A DNA stretch of 64,000 nucleotides from Flavobacteriaceae bacterium (GCA_002702875.1 PACV01000007.1:12313-76312), one strand, 5' to 3'. Positions 1 to 10,498 are shown, counted from the stretch's first letter. Notes: generated by a model not told the origin, from the sequence alone. Program-made: numbers and translations.

Positions 1-1331
1 ACCCAAAAACTTGGGAAGCGTCTGGTCATGTTGACGCATTTAATGATCCTTTAATTGATAATAGAGACTCTAATAAGAGGTACAGGGCAGATGTGTTAAT
101 TGAGGATTATTGTGAAAAAATTGAAGGAAAAATCAATAAAGAAATACAAAAAGCAAAAAAAAACTTTGGAGCTGATTTTGATCAAGCCAAGTTTATAAAA
201 ACGAACAAAAGGGTTAGTGATTATTTTAATAAAATTGATTTCATAAAAAAAAGATTAACTAAATTGTTAGAGGATGATAATCTTAATGGATTAAAATTAT
301 TGATAGAAGAATTGAAAATTAATTGTCCAATTTCAGGATCAAATAATTGGACAGATGTAAAACAGTTCAATTTAATGTTCGATACAATGGTAGGGTCCTC
401 TGATGAATCTTCCACAAAAATATTTCTTAGACCTGAGACAGCTCAAGGGATTTTTGTAAACTATTTAAATATTCAGAAAACTTCAAGAATGAAAATTCCT
501 TTTGGAATTGCTCAAACTGGTAAAGCTTTTAGAAATGAGATAGTTGCACGACAATTTATTTTTAGAATGAGAGAGTTTGAACAGATGGAAATGCAGTATT
601 TTGTAAAACCTGGAGATCAAAAAAAATGGTATGAAACTTGGAAAGAAAGAAGAATGTTATGGCACTATTCTTTGGGATTTGAAAAAGAAAATTATCGTTT
701 TCATGATCACGATAAATTAGCACATTATGCTGATGCGGCAACAGATATCCAATTTAAATTTCCATTTGGCTTTAAGGAGCTTGAGGGTATACATTCTAGA
801 ACTGATTTTGATTTGGGGAACCATGAAAAATTTTCTGGGAAAAAATTAAAATACTATGATATTGACAGTGATAAGAAATATACACCTTATGTTGTTGAAA
901 CATCAATTGGTCTTGACAGATTATTTTTAGCTATAATTTCTAATTCCTTAGAGGAGGAAAAATTAGACAATAACTCAACTAGGACAGTACTAAAATTACC
1001 GAAATTTTTAGCTCCAACTAAACTTGCCATTCTACCTTTATTAAAGAAAGACGAATTAGTTAAACTTTCAAAAAAAATTAAAGATGATTTAAAATTTGAT
1101 TTTAATTTAGTTTATGATGAAAAAGACGCAATTGGAAGAAGATATAGAAGACAAGATGCAATTGGAACTCCATATTGTATAACTATTGACCATGACTCAT
1201 TAAAAAATGAAACTGTAACAATAAGAGACAGAGATTCAATGAAACAGGACAGAGTTAAAATTGAAGAAGTTAAAAAGTTTTTAAATTCTAAAATTGATAT
1301 TTCAATTTGGTTGAAGAAATTATCATGGTAA
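1..1331 (+). CDS. glyQS: glycine--tRNA ligase (alpha2-type, class II), 5'-truncated by the window edge
   Basis: The reading frame is already open from nt 3 (PKTWEASGHVDAFNDPLIDN...) and runs into the 93..1331 ORF. It has the class II core (FRNEIVARQFIFRMREFEQMEMQYF, GLDRL) and a C-terminal anticodon-binding domain (KLAILPL, GRRYRRQDAIGTPYCITID). Confidence 0.95.
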   Translation, partial: PKTWEASGHVDAFNDPLIDNRDSNKRYRADVLIEDYCEKIEGKINKEIQKAKKNFGADFDQAKFIKTNKRVSDYFNKIDFIKKRLTKLLEDDNLNGLKLLIEELKINCPISGSNNWTDVKQFNLMFDTMVGSSDESSTKIFLRPETAQGIFVNYLNIQKTSRMKIPFGIAQTGKAFRNEIVARQFIFRMREFEQMEMQYFVKPGDQKKWYETWKERRMLWHYSLGFEKENYRFHDHDKLAHYADAATDIQFKFPFGFKELEGIHSRTDFDLGNHEKFSGKKLKYYDIDSDKKYTPYVVETSIGLDRLFLAIISNSLEEEKLDNNSTRTVLKLPKFLAPTKLAILPLLKKDELVKLSKKIKDDLKFDFNLVYDEKDAIGRRYRRQDAIGTPYCITIDHDSLKNETVTIRDRDSMKQDRVKIEEVKKFLNSKIDISIWLKKLSW

Positions 1332-2086
1332 AAATCATCTCATATAATGTAAATGGAATTCGAGCCGCAATTAAAAAAGGATTTGTTAGCTGGCTGAAAA
1401 ATGAGCAACCTGATATTATTTGTTTGCAAGAAATAAAAGCAAACAAAGATCAATTTGACCATGAAATTTTCTCCTCTCTTGGATATAAAAACTTTTGGCA
1501 TTCTGCAGAGAAGAAAGGTTACAGTGGAGTATCTATATTAACAAAAGTTCCTCCAAAAAAAATTGAATACGGGACATCAATAAATTACATAGATATTGAG
1601 GGTAGGGTTCTTAGAGTTGATTTTGATGATTTTTCAGTTATGTCTGTTTATGTGCCTTCAGGAACTAACAATAGCAGATTATCATTGAAGTTTAAGTTTA
1701 TGAATGATTTTTTAAATTATGTAAAATCAATAGATAAAAAAATAGATAATTTAATTATTTGTGGAGATTTTAACGTATGTCATAAGCCAATTGATATCCA
1801 TGATCCAGTAAGAAATAAAAATGTATCTGGATTTTTACCTGAGGAGCGATTATGGCTTGACAGATTTATTGATTTAGGTTTTGTTGATTCTTTCAGGTAT
1901 ATTAATAAAAAACCTGATAATTACAGTTGGTGGAGTTATAGAGCTAATTCAAGAGAAAAAAATAAGGGATGGAGAATTGATTATAATTTTGTTAAAAATA
2001 ATTTAGTTGAAAAAATAACAAATTCATACATATTGAATAATGTCTATCATTCAGATCATTGCCCTGTTGTATTAGAGTTAAATTAA
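1325..2086 (+). CDS. xth: exodeoxyribonuclease III (AP endonuclease)
   Basis: MVKIISYNVNGIRA..., CLQEIK, GDFNV, and a C-terminal SDHCPV motif typical of the ExoIII/EEP family. The ATG at 1325 overlaps the glyQS stop (ATGGTAA). The track ORF start at 1307 is probably an upstream extension. Confidence 0.93.
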   Translation: MVKIISYNVNGIRAAIKKGFVSWLKNEQPDIICLQEIKANKDQFDHEIFSSLGYKNFWHSAEKKGYSGVSILTKVPPKKIEYGTSINYIDIEGRVLRVDFDDFSVMSVYVPSGTNNSRLSLKFKFMNDFLNYVKSIDKKIDNLIICGDFNVCHKPIDIHDPVRNKNVSGFLPEERLWLDRFIDLGFVDSFRYINKKPDNYSWWSYRANSREKNKGWRIDYNFVKNNLVEKITNSYILNNVYHSDHCPVVLELN

Positions 2087-2090
2087 GAAA

Positions 2091-3128
2091 ATGAGATACT
2101 CAAGATTACCAAATACAGATATTAAAGTTAGTAAAATATGTCTTGGTACCATGACATTTGGTAAGCAAAACAGTATTGATGACGGTTTTAATCAGATGGA
2201 TTATGCTCTCGAAAATGGAGTGAATTTTTTTGATACTGCAGAATTATATCCAGTACCTGCGTCAAGAGAAACCCAAGGTAATACTGAAAAAATAATAGGA
2301 TCATGGTTTGAAAAAAGAAAAAATAGAAATAAAATTATATTAGCAACAAAAATTGCTGGTCCAGGTCCATATCCTGCTCACATAAGAGATGATTTAAGTT
2401 TTAGTAAAGAAAGTTTAACAGATGCTATTGAAAAAAGTTTGTTAAGATTAAAAACTGATTACATTGATTTATATCAACTTCACTGGCCAGAGAGAAAAAC
2501 AAATACTTTTGGTAAAAGAGGATATGTTCATGACAAAGAGGAAATATGGAAAGAAAATTTTGAAGAAGTTTTATACAATTTAAATTCTTTTGTAAAGGAT
2601 GGTAAGATTAGATATATAGGTGTTTCAAATGAAAATCCGTGGGGAATCATGAGGTTTATTAGTGCCTCTAAAAAAAATTTACCAAAAATGATTACAATTC
2701 AAAATCCATATTCTCTACTAAATAGGATTTTTGAAATTGGTAACTCAGAAATATGTATGAGAGAGAATCTTGGATTACTTGCTTATTCACCGCTAGGATT
2801 TGGTTTATTAACAGGAAAATACAGAAAAAATAATTTACCAGACGGATCGAGGTTAAAGCTTTTTCCAAATTTGGCAAGATATAGTAACAATAAATGTTTT
2901 GAGGCGACAGAATTGTACTTTGAGTTATCAAAAAAACATAATTTAAGTTTAACTCAACTTTCTTTAGCTTTTGTTAATGATCGTCCTTTTGTTACATCTA
3001 ATATTATTGGAGCAACAAATTTGACTCAACTTAAGGAAAATATTGATTCTATAAATATTAAATTAAGTTCAGAATTAATTAATGAAATCAATGAAATTCA
3101 AAAACTAATTCCAAATCCTGCCCCATAA
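2091..3128 (+). CDS. NADP(H)-dependent aldo/keto reductase, Tas-like
   Basis: Collinear with E. coli Tas as I recall it (LGTMTFG.QNS, FDTAE(L/M)YPVP...ETQG.TE, DYIDLYQLHWPER). Length is 345 aa. Confidence 0.88.
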   Translation: MRYSRLPNTDIKVSKICLGTMTFGKQNSIDDGFNQMDYALENGVNFFDTAELYPVPASRETQGNTEKIIGSWFEKRKNRNKIILATKIAGPGPYPAHIRDDLSFSKESLTDAIEKSLLRLKTDYIDLYQLHWPERKTNTFGKRGYVHDKEEIWKENFEEVLYNLNSFVKDGKIRYIGVSNENPWGIMRFISASKKNLPKMITIQNPYSLLNRIFEIGNSEICMRENLGLLAYSPLGFGLLTGKYRKNNLPDGSRLKLFPNLARYSNNKCFEATELYFELSKKHNLSLTQLSLAFVNDRPFVTSNIIGATNLTQLKENIDSINIKLSSELINEINEIQKLIPNPAP

Positions 3129-3129
3129 A

Positions 3130-4800
3130 CTAGTATTTAATACTTTTAATTAGTTTTTTAGTAATGCGCGTTTTAGGATTTTCATACAGATTATCCGCCT
3201 CTTGAAATTCAACAATTTTTCCATCTTCAATTACCATTATTCTGTCAGACATAAATTTTAAAACTGTAAGATCATGCGATATAAAAATATAAGAAAGTGA
3301 CAACTTTTCTTTTAAATTATTCAATAAATTTAAAATTTTTGCCTGAATTGAAATATCTAGTGATGCGACTGATTCATCCAGAATTATAACTTTGGGTTTT
3401 ATAGCTAAAGCTCTTGCAATGACTACTCTTTGTCTTTGGCCTCCGGATAATTCATGAGGAAATCTGTCATAAATTTCTTTTTTGAGTTCAACTAATTTGA
3501 GCAACTTTACAGTATCATTTACTGAGGAAATCTTTGATTTTTTTTCATGAAAATTGATAATTTCTGATATTGAATCTCCTATCTTTTTTTTTGGGTGAAG
3601 TGAAGAGTATGGATCCTGAAATACAAATTGAATTGTTTTCCTTAAATTTTTAATATCATTTTTTGAATTGAAATTAATTTTTTTATTATTTAAAAAAACT
3701 TCTCCATTATTGTATTTTTCAAGTAAAACTAGTGTTTTACCCAAAGTTGATTTTCCAGATCCTGATGGGCCGAGTATGCCTAATGTTTCTCCCCTATACA
3801 ATTCAAAATTTATAAATTTGAGCGCTTCGAATTCGGTTTTTTTTATAAAGTTTTGTTTAAAATAATTTTTTTTTAGACCCACAACCTTTAATATAGGATC
3901 CTTTGAATATATTTTTTTATGTTTTTCCTTCCTTGTTTTTTTTGAAATTATATTATCATTTTCAATCTTTTTATTAATGTATTTATCAGTAGGTAGAACC
4001 CTTAACCTTATATTTAAGGGGGGTTTTGATTTTAGCAAAGTTTTAGTATATGGATGACTTGGTGATTTTAAAATATTTATTTTTTCACCTTTTTCAATGA
4101 TTTCACCCTCCTTCATAACTATTATTTTATCTGCTATATGTGAAACAAGTGAAATATCATGTGATATAAAAAGCACACTCATTGAATTTTGTTTTTGAAG
4201 TTCCTTAATGAGCTCAATAATTTCTTTTTGAACTATTATATCTAAAGCAGTTGTAGGTTCGTCGGCAATTAATAATTTAGGTTTACAAATTAATGCCATA
4301 GCGATCATCAATCTTTGTTTTTGACCTCCACTGAGCTGATGAGGATATGAATTGTAAACTTTTTTTGCATCAATTAATTTTACTTTTTTAAGTTGAGACA
4401 GTATTATTTTTTTTGCATCTACTTTGTTGTAATTTTGTTGGTGTAATTTTAAAACTTCATCGATTTGAGTTCCACATTTCATAGTTGGATTTAGGGAAGA
4501 TTGAGGTTCTTGAAATATAATTCCAAATTCATTACCTCTAATTTTTCTCCACTTTTCTTCAGAAATTTTAAGAAGTGATAAATCCTCAAAAAATATTTCG
4601 CTTTTATTACTAATATTATATCCTTTTGGGTTTAATCCCATAAGAGACATTGCAGTTATTGATTTTCCACTACCAGATTCTCCTACTATTGCAGTTATGC
4701 TATTTTTTAAAATAGAGAAATTAAGATTTTTTAATATATGGGCATTGTCAATTTTTAAGTCTAAATTTTTAACAGTTAGAAGATTATTTTCAAAAGCCAT
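3130..4800 (-). CDS. ABC transporter ATP-binding protein with two fused NBDs, Dpp/Opp (YejF/GsiA-like) type
   Basis: Two Walker A motifs (GESGSGKS, GPSGSGKS) and two signature motifs (LSGGQKQR, LSGGQRQR). An oligopeptide-type C-terminal tail (HPYTKTLL) follows NBD1. No permease or binding-protein gene is present in the window. Confidence 0.9.
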   Translation of the reverse strand: MAFENNLLTVKNLDLKIDNAHILKNLNFSILKNSITAIVGESGSGKSITAMSLMGLNPKGYNISNKSEIFFEDLSLLKISEEKWRKIRGNEFGIIFQEPQSSLNPTMKCGTQIDEVLKLHQQNYNKVDAKKIILSQLKKVKLIDAKKVYNSYPHQLSGGQKQRLMIAMALICKPKLLIADEPTTALDIIVQKEIIELIKELQKQNSMSVLFISHDISLVSHIADKIIVMKEGEIIEKGEKINILKSPSHPYTKTLLKSKPPLNIRLRVLPTDKYINKKIENDNIISKKTRKEKHKKIYSKDPILKVVGLKKNYFKQNFIKKTEFEALKFINFELYRGETLGILGPSGSGKSTLGKTLVLLEKYNNGEVFLNNKKINFNSKNDIKNLRKTIQFVFQDPYSSLHPKKKIGDSISEIINFHEKKSKISSVNDTVKLLKLVELKKEIYDRFPHELSGGQRQRVVIARALAIKPKVIILDESVASLDISIQAKILNLLNNLKEKLSLSYIFISHDLTVLKFMSDRIMVIEDGKIVEFQEADNLYENPKTRITKKLIKSIKY

Positions 4801-4804
4801 TAAA

Positions 4805-5782
4805 TTATATTTTAATTTTCTGTAAAAATTCTTTAGCGAAATATGTTACAATTAATTTGCATCCAGCTCTTTTGAATGCTATGAGCTGTTCATATATAGT
4901 TTGTTCATATTCAATTATTCCTTTTAATGCAGATTCTTTAATCATAGAATACTCACCGCTTACTTGATATGACGCAATTGGTGTATTAACTTTCAAGCTT
5001 AATTCTTTTACAATATCAAGATATGCAATACCTGGCTTTATCATGATAATATCTGCTCCTTCATCAATATCTCTTAATGCTTGATCAATTGCCTGTTTGC
5101 TATTATGAAAATCTATTTGATAACTTTTTTTATCACCGAAATTAGGTTTAGAACCCAAAGCATCTCTAAAAGGGCCATAATAATTAGACGCAAATTTTGC
5201 ACTGTATGACATAATAGATGTATTATGATAGTTTTTACTTTCTAATGTAAGTCTGATTTTTTTTATTCGTCCGTCCATCATATCACTAGGCGCTACTATA
5301 TCAGCTCCACTAATTGCGTGTGATAAAGCCATTTTTTGAAGTATTTCAACTGTTTCATCGTTTAATATTTCTCCATTTTTAACAATACCATCGTGACCAT
5401 ATGAGGAGTAAGGATCTAATGCTATATCAGTAATCACAATCATACTTGGAACAGATTCTTTAATTGTCATAATTGCTCTTTGAACTAAACCATCTTTATT
5501 GATTGCCTCAGAACCCTTATTATCTTTCAATGACTCATTGATTTTTGGGAATAAAAGGACTGCTTGAATTCCAATTTTCCATAACAGTTTTACTTCTTTT
5601 TTTAAAATATCTAAACTTATTGTGTAATAGTCACGCATTGATGGAATTTCTTCTTTAATTCCTTTACCATCAATAATAAATAAAGGATAAATCAGGTCAT
5701 TTGCGGAAATATTATTTTCTTTAACCAAATTTCTAATATATTGATTTGCTCTAAGCCTTCTATTTCTTTTAATTGGATACAT
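4805..5782 (-). CDS. hemB: porphobilinogen synthase (delta-aminolevulinate dehydratase)
   Basis: Full-length PBGS-like sequence (RRLR.., IMIKPG, SGEYSM). The Asp-rich metal motif DIALDPYSSYGHDG replaces the Cys-rich Zn motif. Confidence 0.95.
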   Translation of the reverse strand: MYPIKRNRRLRANQYIRNLVKENNISANDLIYPLFIIDGKGIKEEIPSMRDYYTISLDILKKEVKLLWKIGIQAVLLFPKINESLKDNKGSEAINKDGLVQRAIMTIKESVPSMIVITDIALDPYSSYGHDGIVKNGEILNDETVEILQKMALSHAISGADIVAPSDMMDGRIKKIRLTLESKNYHNTSIMSYSAKFASNYYGPFRDALGSKPNFGDKKSYQIDFHNSKQAIDQALRDIDEGADIIMIKPGIAYLDIVKELSLKVNTPIASYQVSGEYSMIKESALKGIIEYEQTIYEQLIAFKRAGCKLIVTYFAKEFLQKIKI

Positions 5783-5791
5783 AATTCATTA

Positions 5792-6706
5792 TTATTTAAT
5801 TTTAATCCAGTCAACAGGTTTTTTCAAAATTTTAACTAACTCATCTTCTTTAGATCTGGGGGCTGGTTTGAAATTGTAATTCCATCTTACCTTTGGTGGA
5901 AGACTCATCAAGATACTCTCAATCCTTCCTCCAGTTTTTAGTCCGAATAAAGTTCCTTTGTCGTGCACTAAATTAAATTCAACGTAACGACCTCTTCTTA
6001 TTTCTTGCCATAATTTATGACTTTTATTAAAATTTGTATTCATTCTTTTTAATAATATATTTAAGTAAGTTGGTAAAAAAGTTGAGCCAAATTTTTTAAT
6101 ATACTTATACCAGTCTAGTAAAGAATGTTTATTGTTTTCTCTTAAATAGTCAAAAAATAATCCACCAACTCCTCTTGCTTCATTTCTGTGAGAATTCCAG
6201 AAGTAACTGTCACATTTTTTTTTAAACTCACTATAGATTTTAGTATCAAATTCATCACAAATAATTTTATAATTGTGATGAAAAAAAATAATATCCTCTT
6301 TAAAAATATAGTAAGGAGTCAAGTCAACACCGCCACCAAACCAACTATCCACAACACTTCCTTTTTCATTCAAAAGCTCAAATAATCTAATATTCATGTG
6401 AATAGTAGGTACAAAAGGATTATATGGGTGAAGTACTAAACTTAAGCCATAGGCATTAAACAAATCATATTTAACTTTGAATTGTTTAATTATATCTTTT
6501 GGTAGTTTTCCTCCAATTGAAGATATATTAACGCCCCCCTTTTCAAAAAGTTTACCATTTTCAATAATTTTTGTTATTCCTCCTCCAGTTCCTTTATTGT
6601 AAAACCACTTATCATTGCTAAATGAACTTGAATCATCAATTTTTTCAAATTCAGAAGTTATTTCTATTTGAAGTTTTTTTATGTAATTATAAAATTTATC
6701 CCCCAT
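5792..6706 (-). CDS. hemF: oxygen-dependent coproporphyrinogen III oxidase
   Basis: HemF hallmarks are present: GGGVDLTPYY, RGVGGLFFD, RRGRYVEFNLVHDKGTLFGL. Confidence 0.95.
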   Translation of the reverse strand: MGDKFYNYIKKLQIEITSEFEKIDDSSSFSNDKWFYNKGTGGGITKIIENGKLFEKGGVNISSIGGKLPKDIIKQFKVKYDLFNAYGLSLVLHPYNPFVPTIHMNIRLFELLNEKGSVVDSWFGGGVDLTPYYIFKEDIIFFHHNYKIICDEFDTKIYSEFKKKCDSYFWNSHRNEARGVGGLFFDYLRENNKHSLLDWYKYIKKFGSTFLPTYLNILLKRMNTNFNKSHKLWQEIRRGRYVEFNLVHDKGTLFGLKTGGRIESILMSLPPKVRWNYNFKPAPRSKEDELVKILKKPVDWIKIK

Positions 6707-6711
6707 TTTTC

Positions 6712-7731
6712 TTAAATATCTTTTACTGTATTTATGAATTCTTTTACATTTTCAACAGGGGTGTTAGGAAGAATACCGTGACCAAGATTGACTATGTAAT
6801 TATCTTTTCCAAACTCACTTATCATTTTTTTTACATCAGTTTTTATTTTATGTCTGGGCTGAAAAAGTTTATTTGGATCAAAATTCCCTTGAAGAGTTAG
6901 TTGATTATTTGTTATTTTTCTTGCAAATTTTGGATTACATGTCCAATCAATTCCTAAAGCACTTACTTCAATTTTGGACAACTCACTTAAAGAATGCCAA
7001 CAACCTTTTGCAAAAACAATTACTGGTATACTTGAATGTAAGGATTTTACAATTTCATCAATATACGGAAGTGAATATATCTTGTAGTCTTCATTAGATA
7101 AGATCCCCCCCCAAGAGTCAAAAATTTTAATTACATCAACACCATAAGCTATTTTTGTTTTTAAATATTTAATTGTTGCTTTTGTTATTTTATTCAAAAT
7201 TTTTTTAGCAAGATTCGAATTTTTCATACAAAATTGCTTAGTATAATTGAAGTTTTTCGATCCTTTACCTTCAATTGCGTAGCACAATAAAGTCCAAGGT
7301 GAACCAGCAAAACCTATTAAGGGTAATTCATTATTTAACTCATTTTTAGTTAATTTGATTGCTCTAAAAACATAATTTAACCTGTCATCAATATCGTTTA
7401 CAGTTAAGTTGTTAATGTCTTTTTCGTTACGTAAAGGATTTTTTATTACGGGACCAATTAACTCTGACATTTCAACATTTAATCCCATTGCTTGAAGAAC
7501 GACTAGAATATCACTAAATATTATTGCAGCATCTGGTTTTATTTCATTTATAGGTAACATTGTAATTTCAGTTGCGAGCTCAGGCGTTTGGCATCTTGTG
7601 AAGAAATCATACTTTTTTTTAATCCTCATAAATTCAGGGAGATATCTTCCAGCTTGCCTCATAATCCAAACAGGTGGTCTTTCAGTTTTTTCTTTTTTAA
7701 GTGCTCTAATTAATAAGTTATTTTTAATCAT
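6712..7731 (-). CDS. hemE: uroporphyrinogen decarboxylase
   Basis: N-terminal signature PPVWIMRQAGRYLPEF, and FAGSPWTL. Length is 339 aa. Confidence 0.96.
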   Translation of the reverse strand: MIKNNLLIRALKKEKTERPPVWIMRQAGRYLPEFMRIKKKYDFFTRCQTPELATEITMLPINEIKPDAAIIFSDILVVLQAMGLNVEMSELIGPVIKNPLRNEKDINNLTVNDIDDRLNYVFRAIKLTKNELNNELPLIGFAGSPWTLLCYAIEGKGSKNFNYTKQFCMKNSNLAKKILNKITKATIKYLKTKIAYGVDVIKIFDSWGGILSNEDYKIYSLPYIDEIVKSLHSSIPVIVFAKGCWHSLSELSKIEVSALGIDWTCNPKFARKITNNQLTLQGNFDPNKLFQPRHKIKTDVKKMISEFGKDNYIVNLGHGILPNTPVENVKEFINTVKDI

Positions 7732-7734
7732 AAT

Positions 7735-8397
7735 TTAGTTTATAAAATTATTCACCTGTTTAATTAATTGTCTAATTGTTGGTTTTTTTGCAATAACAAT
7801 TTTATCAGTTAAAGCTTTTAAAGCTGAGGCAGTAGTATTTCCTATACAGAAACATATTGATTTTTCAATAAAATTATTTTTTATAAAACTTTCTACACCA
7901 GAGGGACTGTAAAACAAAATAAAATCATACATACAATTAACTTTTTCATATAAAAGTTTAGTTTCGTATAATTCCTCAACTATCAAGTCCACATTATTAT
8001 TTGATAGAATTTCTTCAATATTTTTTAGTCTATTTTTACCACATAAATACAAAAATTTATCAGACTTATTATTCTTAGTAATAAATTTTGCTAAGCTTGA
8101 ACTATCATTAAAACAATTTTCAACTCTGAATTTATTTTTTCTTAAGAGACTTTTTGTATTATCACCTACACAAAAAATTTTTTTTGATTTATATTTTTTT
8201 GACTCTGAATTTTTTAAAAAAATTTGAACGGCATTTTGACTAGTGAATATTAATGAGTCGCATACAATTTCACTTAAATAATAATCAGTTGGTATAATTT
8301 TTATAAAATCTTTCTCTGAATATTGGTAAAAAGAATGGTTTAGTTCTTTTTTACTTTCCGGGTCAAGTATTTTTGTTGATAACACTTTGTAATTCAT
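7735..8397 (-). CDS. hemD: uroporphyrinogen-III synthase
   Basis: A 220-aa protein of HemD size with a weakly conserved HemD-like pattern (FTSQNAV, SPSGVESF). It sits between hemC and hemE, and its start overlaps the hemC stop by 1 nt (TAATG). The call rests mainly on context. Confidence 0.72.
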   Translation of the reverse strand: MNYKVLSTKILDPESKKELNHSFYQYSEKDFIKIIPTDYYLSEIVCDSLIFTSQNAVQIFLKNSESKKYKSKKIFCVGDNTKSLLRKNKFRVENCFNDSSSLAKFITKNNKSDKFLYLCGKNRLKNIEEILSNNNVDLIVEELYETKLLYEKVNCMYDFILFYSPSGVESFIKNNFIEKSICFCIGNTTASALKALTDKIVIAKKPTIRQLIKQVNNFIN

Positions 8398-9275
8398 TAT
8401 GACATTAATTTTTTCATTTCGTTTGCAAGTAGAAATCCAATTTGTTTATATCTGCCATTTGTAATTTTTTTTGAAATTACTTTTTTTTCATTTTGTTCAT
8501 AATTAAATATTCCACCATTAAATGTAAGTATGTTGTTGACAATTTCAGCCTCAGCTGCAATGGGAGAAGAACAACCTCCATCTAGTGATTTTAAAAAATC
8601 TCTCTCTATATCAGTACAAATTTGGGTTTTTTTGTGATTTATTGAATTTAATATTTGTGTTATTTTTTTATCACAAACTCTATTAAAAACCCCAATTGCA
8701 CCTTGACCTGGAGCAGGTATCATCCAATCTAATTTAAACGTTTTAAAATTTGAAATTGATAATCGATCAAGTGCAGCCTCGGCAATAATCAAACCGTCAT
8801 GGTTAGATTTTTTGAATTTTTTTATCCTAGTATTTACATTACCTCTAATTGGTAAAACTTTTTGGTTTGGGAATTTAAATAGCCATTGATATTTTCTTCT
8901 AATACTTCCAGTTAAAATTGAACTAATTTCACTCAGATTATTAACAGATACTTTGCAAATAATTAGATCTTTTGATTTATATCTCTCTAAAACTGCTGAT
9001 TGAACAATTCCCTCAGGGACTGACGTTGGAACATCTTTTAGACTGTGAACTGCAACATCTATTTTATTATTTAGTAATGCTAAATCTAGATTTTTTGTAA
9101 ATATTCCAGTAATTCCAAGATTATAAACTGGCTTATTTAATATTTTATCTCCTTCTGATTCAATACCAATAATTTCAGATTTAATTTTTAATTTATTTAA
9201 ATTGTTTTGAACATGTTTAGCTTGAATTAGAGCCAGCTTACTTTTTCTACTACCAATTCTAATAATTTTATTCAT
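8397..9275 (-). CDS. hemC: hydroxymethylbilane synthase (porphobilinogen deaminase)
   Basis: IRIGSRKSKLALIQA, RGNVNTR, and the cofactor-Cys motif GGCSSPIA. I prefer the ATG at 9275 (MNKIIRIG...) over the track start at 9314. This start overlaps the hemA stop by 8 nt. Confidence 0.93.
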   Translation of the reverse strand: MNKIIRIGSRKSKLALIQAKHVQNNLNKLKIKSEIIGIESEGDKILNKPVYNLGITGIFTKNLDLALLNNKIDVAVHSLKDVPTSVPEGIVQSAVLERYKSKDLIICKVSVNNLSEISSILTGSIRRKYQWLFKFPNQKVLPIRGNVNTRIKKFKKSNHDGLIIAEAALDRLSISNFKTFKLDWMIPAPGQGAIGVFNRVCDKKITQILNSINHKKTQICTDIERDFLKSLDGGCSSPIAAEAEIVNNILTFNGGIFNYEQNEKKVISKKITNGRYKQIGFLLANEMKKLMS

Positions 9276-10470
9276 GATTTGAAAGGTCAATCTCAAGTAA
9301 GTTTTTTTGATCAATAAATGATTTATTAGCTATTTTTGGATTTTCTTTAATTACAGTAGCGTATTTTCCAATTATTTTTTGAATCATTTCAGGAGTGAGA
9401 TTTTGATTATAATCTTCAGACAAAAGTCTTTTTTTAAATGCTTTAATACTTGGGACAAATTTTCTATTACTCTCCCATTCAATAAATTCACCTTTGATTT
9501 CTTCAATTATTTTTAAAGTTTCAGGTATATATTTTTTCCTTTTTTTTAGTGTTTCGTCTGTAATCTGTGATAATTCATCGATGTTAATTAGGGTAACATT
9601 TTTTAGATCCTTGACATTCAAATCAACATTGTTTGGTATTGATAAATCAAGAATAACTATAGGTTTTGTATTAAAAATAATCTGTTTTTCAATAGTTGGT
9701 TTCATTGATCCAGTTGCTACTATTAATATATCAGATGATTTAATTTCCTCTTGAAGGAATTTATATTGTCTAACTTTTATATTTAATTTTGACCCAATCA
9801 ATTCAGCTTTTTCTTTTGTTCTGTTAATTAAAAAGATATTTTTATTTTTTGTATGTTTAACAAGATTTTCACAAGTATTTCTTCCAATTTTCCCGGAACC
9901 AAATAATAGAATTTTTTTGTTTGAAATATTTGAAACATTATCTAATAAGTACTTTACTGACGCATATGATATAGAAGCAGCACCAGAAGAAATTTTAGTT
10001 TCATTTTTAATTCTTTTACTTGACTGAATAACACTATTCAGTAGTCTTTCTAGAAAATTGAGTTTTACATTAGCTTTTTTAGATAAATAGAAACTTTTTT
10101 TAATTTGACCTATTATTTCAAAATCTCCTAAAATTTGGCTATCAAGCCCTGCACCAACTTTAAACAGATGATTGTAGGCTTGTTTATTTTTAAAAAAATA
10201 ACCTAAATTTTTTAAAATTTTTTCATTTCCAGCGGTGTATTCACAAAGTAATTTAGATAAGACACCCGGATCAATAACACTTCCATAAATTTCTGTTCTG
10301 TTACAAGTAGATAAAACAAGTAAGTTTTCAATTTTTAATGATTTTGCTTTATATAGCAAATCCAAAGTTTTAGAAGTATTTATACTGAATTTACCGCGAG
10401 TGATAAAATCTGCATTTTTATAACTAATTCCAATAACCCAAAAACTCTTTTCAATCTTAGTTACAATCAT
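9268..10470 (-). CDS. hemA: glutamyl-tRNA reductase
   Basis: Active-site motif LSTCNRTEIY and the NAD-binding motif LLFGSGKIGR. The track start at 10512 is a TTG. The first ATG is at 10470 (MIVTKIEKSFWVIGISYK...), and a TAnnTTTG box lies 21 nt upstream of it. Confidence 0.92.
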   Translation of the reverse strand: MIVTKIEKSFWVIGISYKNADFITRGKFSINTSKTLDLLYKAKSLKIENLLVLSTCNRTEIYGSVIDPGVLSKLLCEYTAGNEKILKNLGYFFKNKQAYNHLFKVGAGLDSQILGDFEIIGQIKKSFYLSKKANVKLNFLERLLNSVIQSSKRIKNETKISSGAASISYASVKYLLDNVSNISNKKILLFGSGKIGRNTCENLVKHTKNKNIFLINRTKEKAELIGSKLNIKVRQYKFLQEEIKSSDILIVATGSMKPTIEKQIIFNTKPIVILDLSIPNNVDLNVKDLKNVTLINIDELSQITDETLKKRKKYIPETLKIIEEIKGEFIEWESNRKFVPSIKAFKKRLLSEDYNQNLTPEMIQKIIGKYATVIKENPKIANKSFIDQKNLLEIDLSNHE

Positions 10471-10490
10471 ATCTGATAAGATATTTTTAG

Positions 10491-10498
10491 CAAAAATA
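10491..10498 (-). promoter_or_regulatory. candidate Bacteroidota -7 promoter box (TATTTTTG on the minus strand) for the hemA operon
   Basis: The plus strand reads CAAAAATA, the reverse complement of TAnnTTTG, 21 nt upstream of the hemA ATG at 10470. No good -33 TTTG lies at the expected spacing. Confidence 0.35.
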
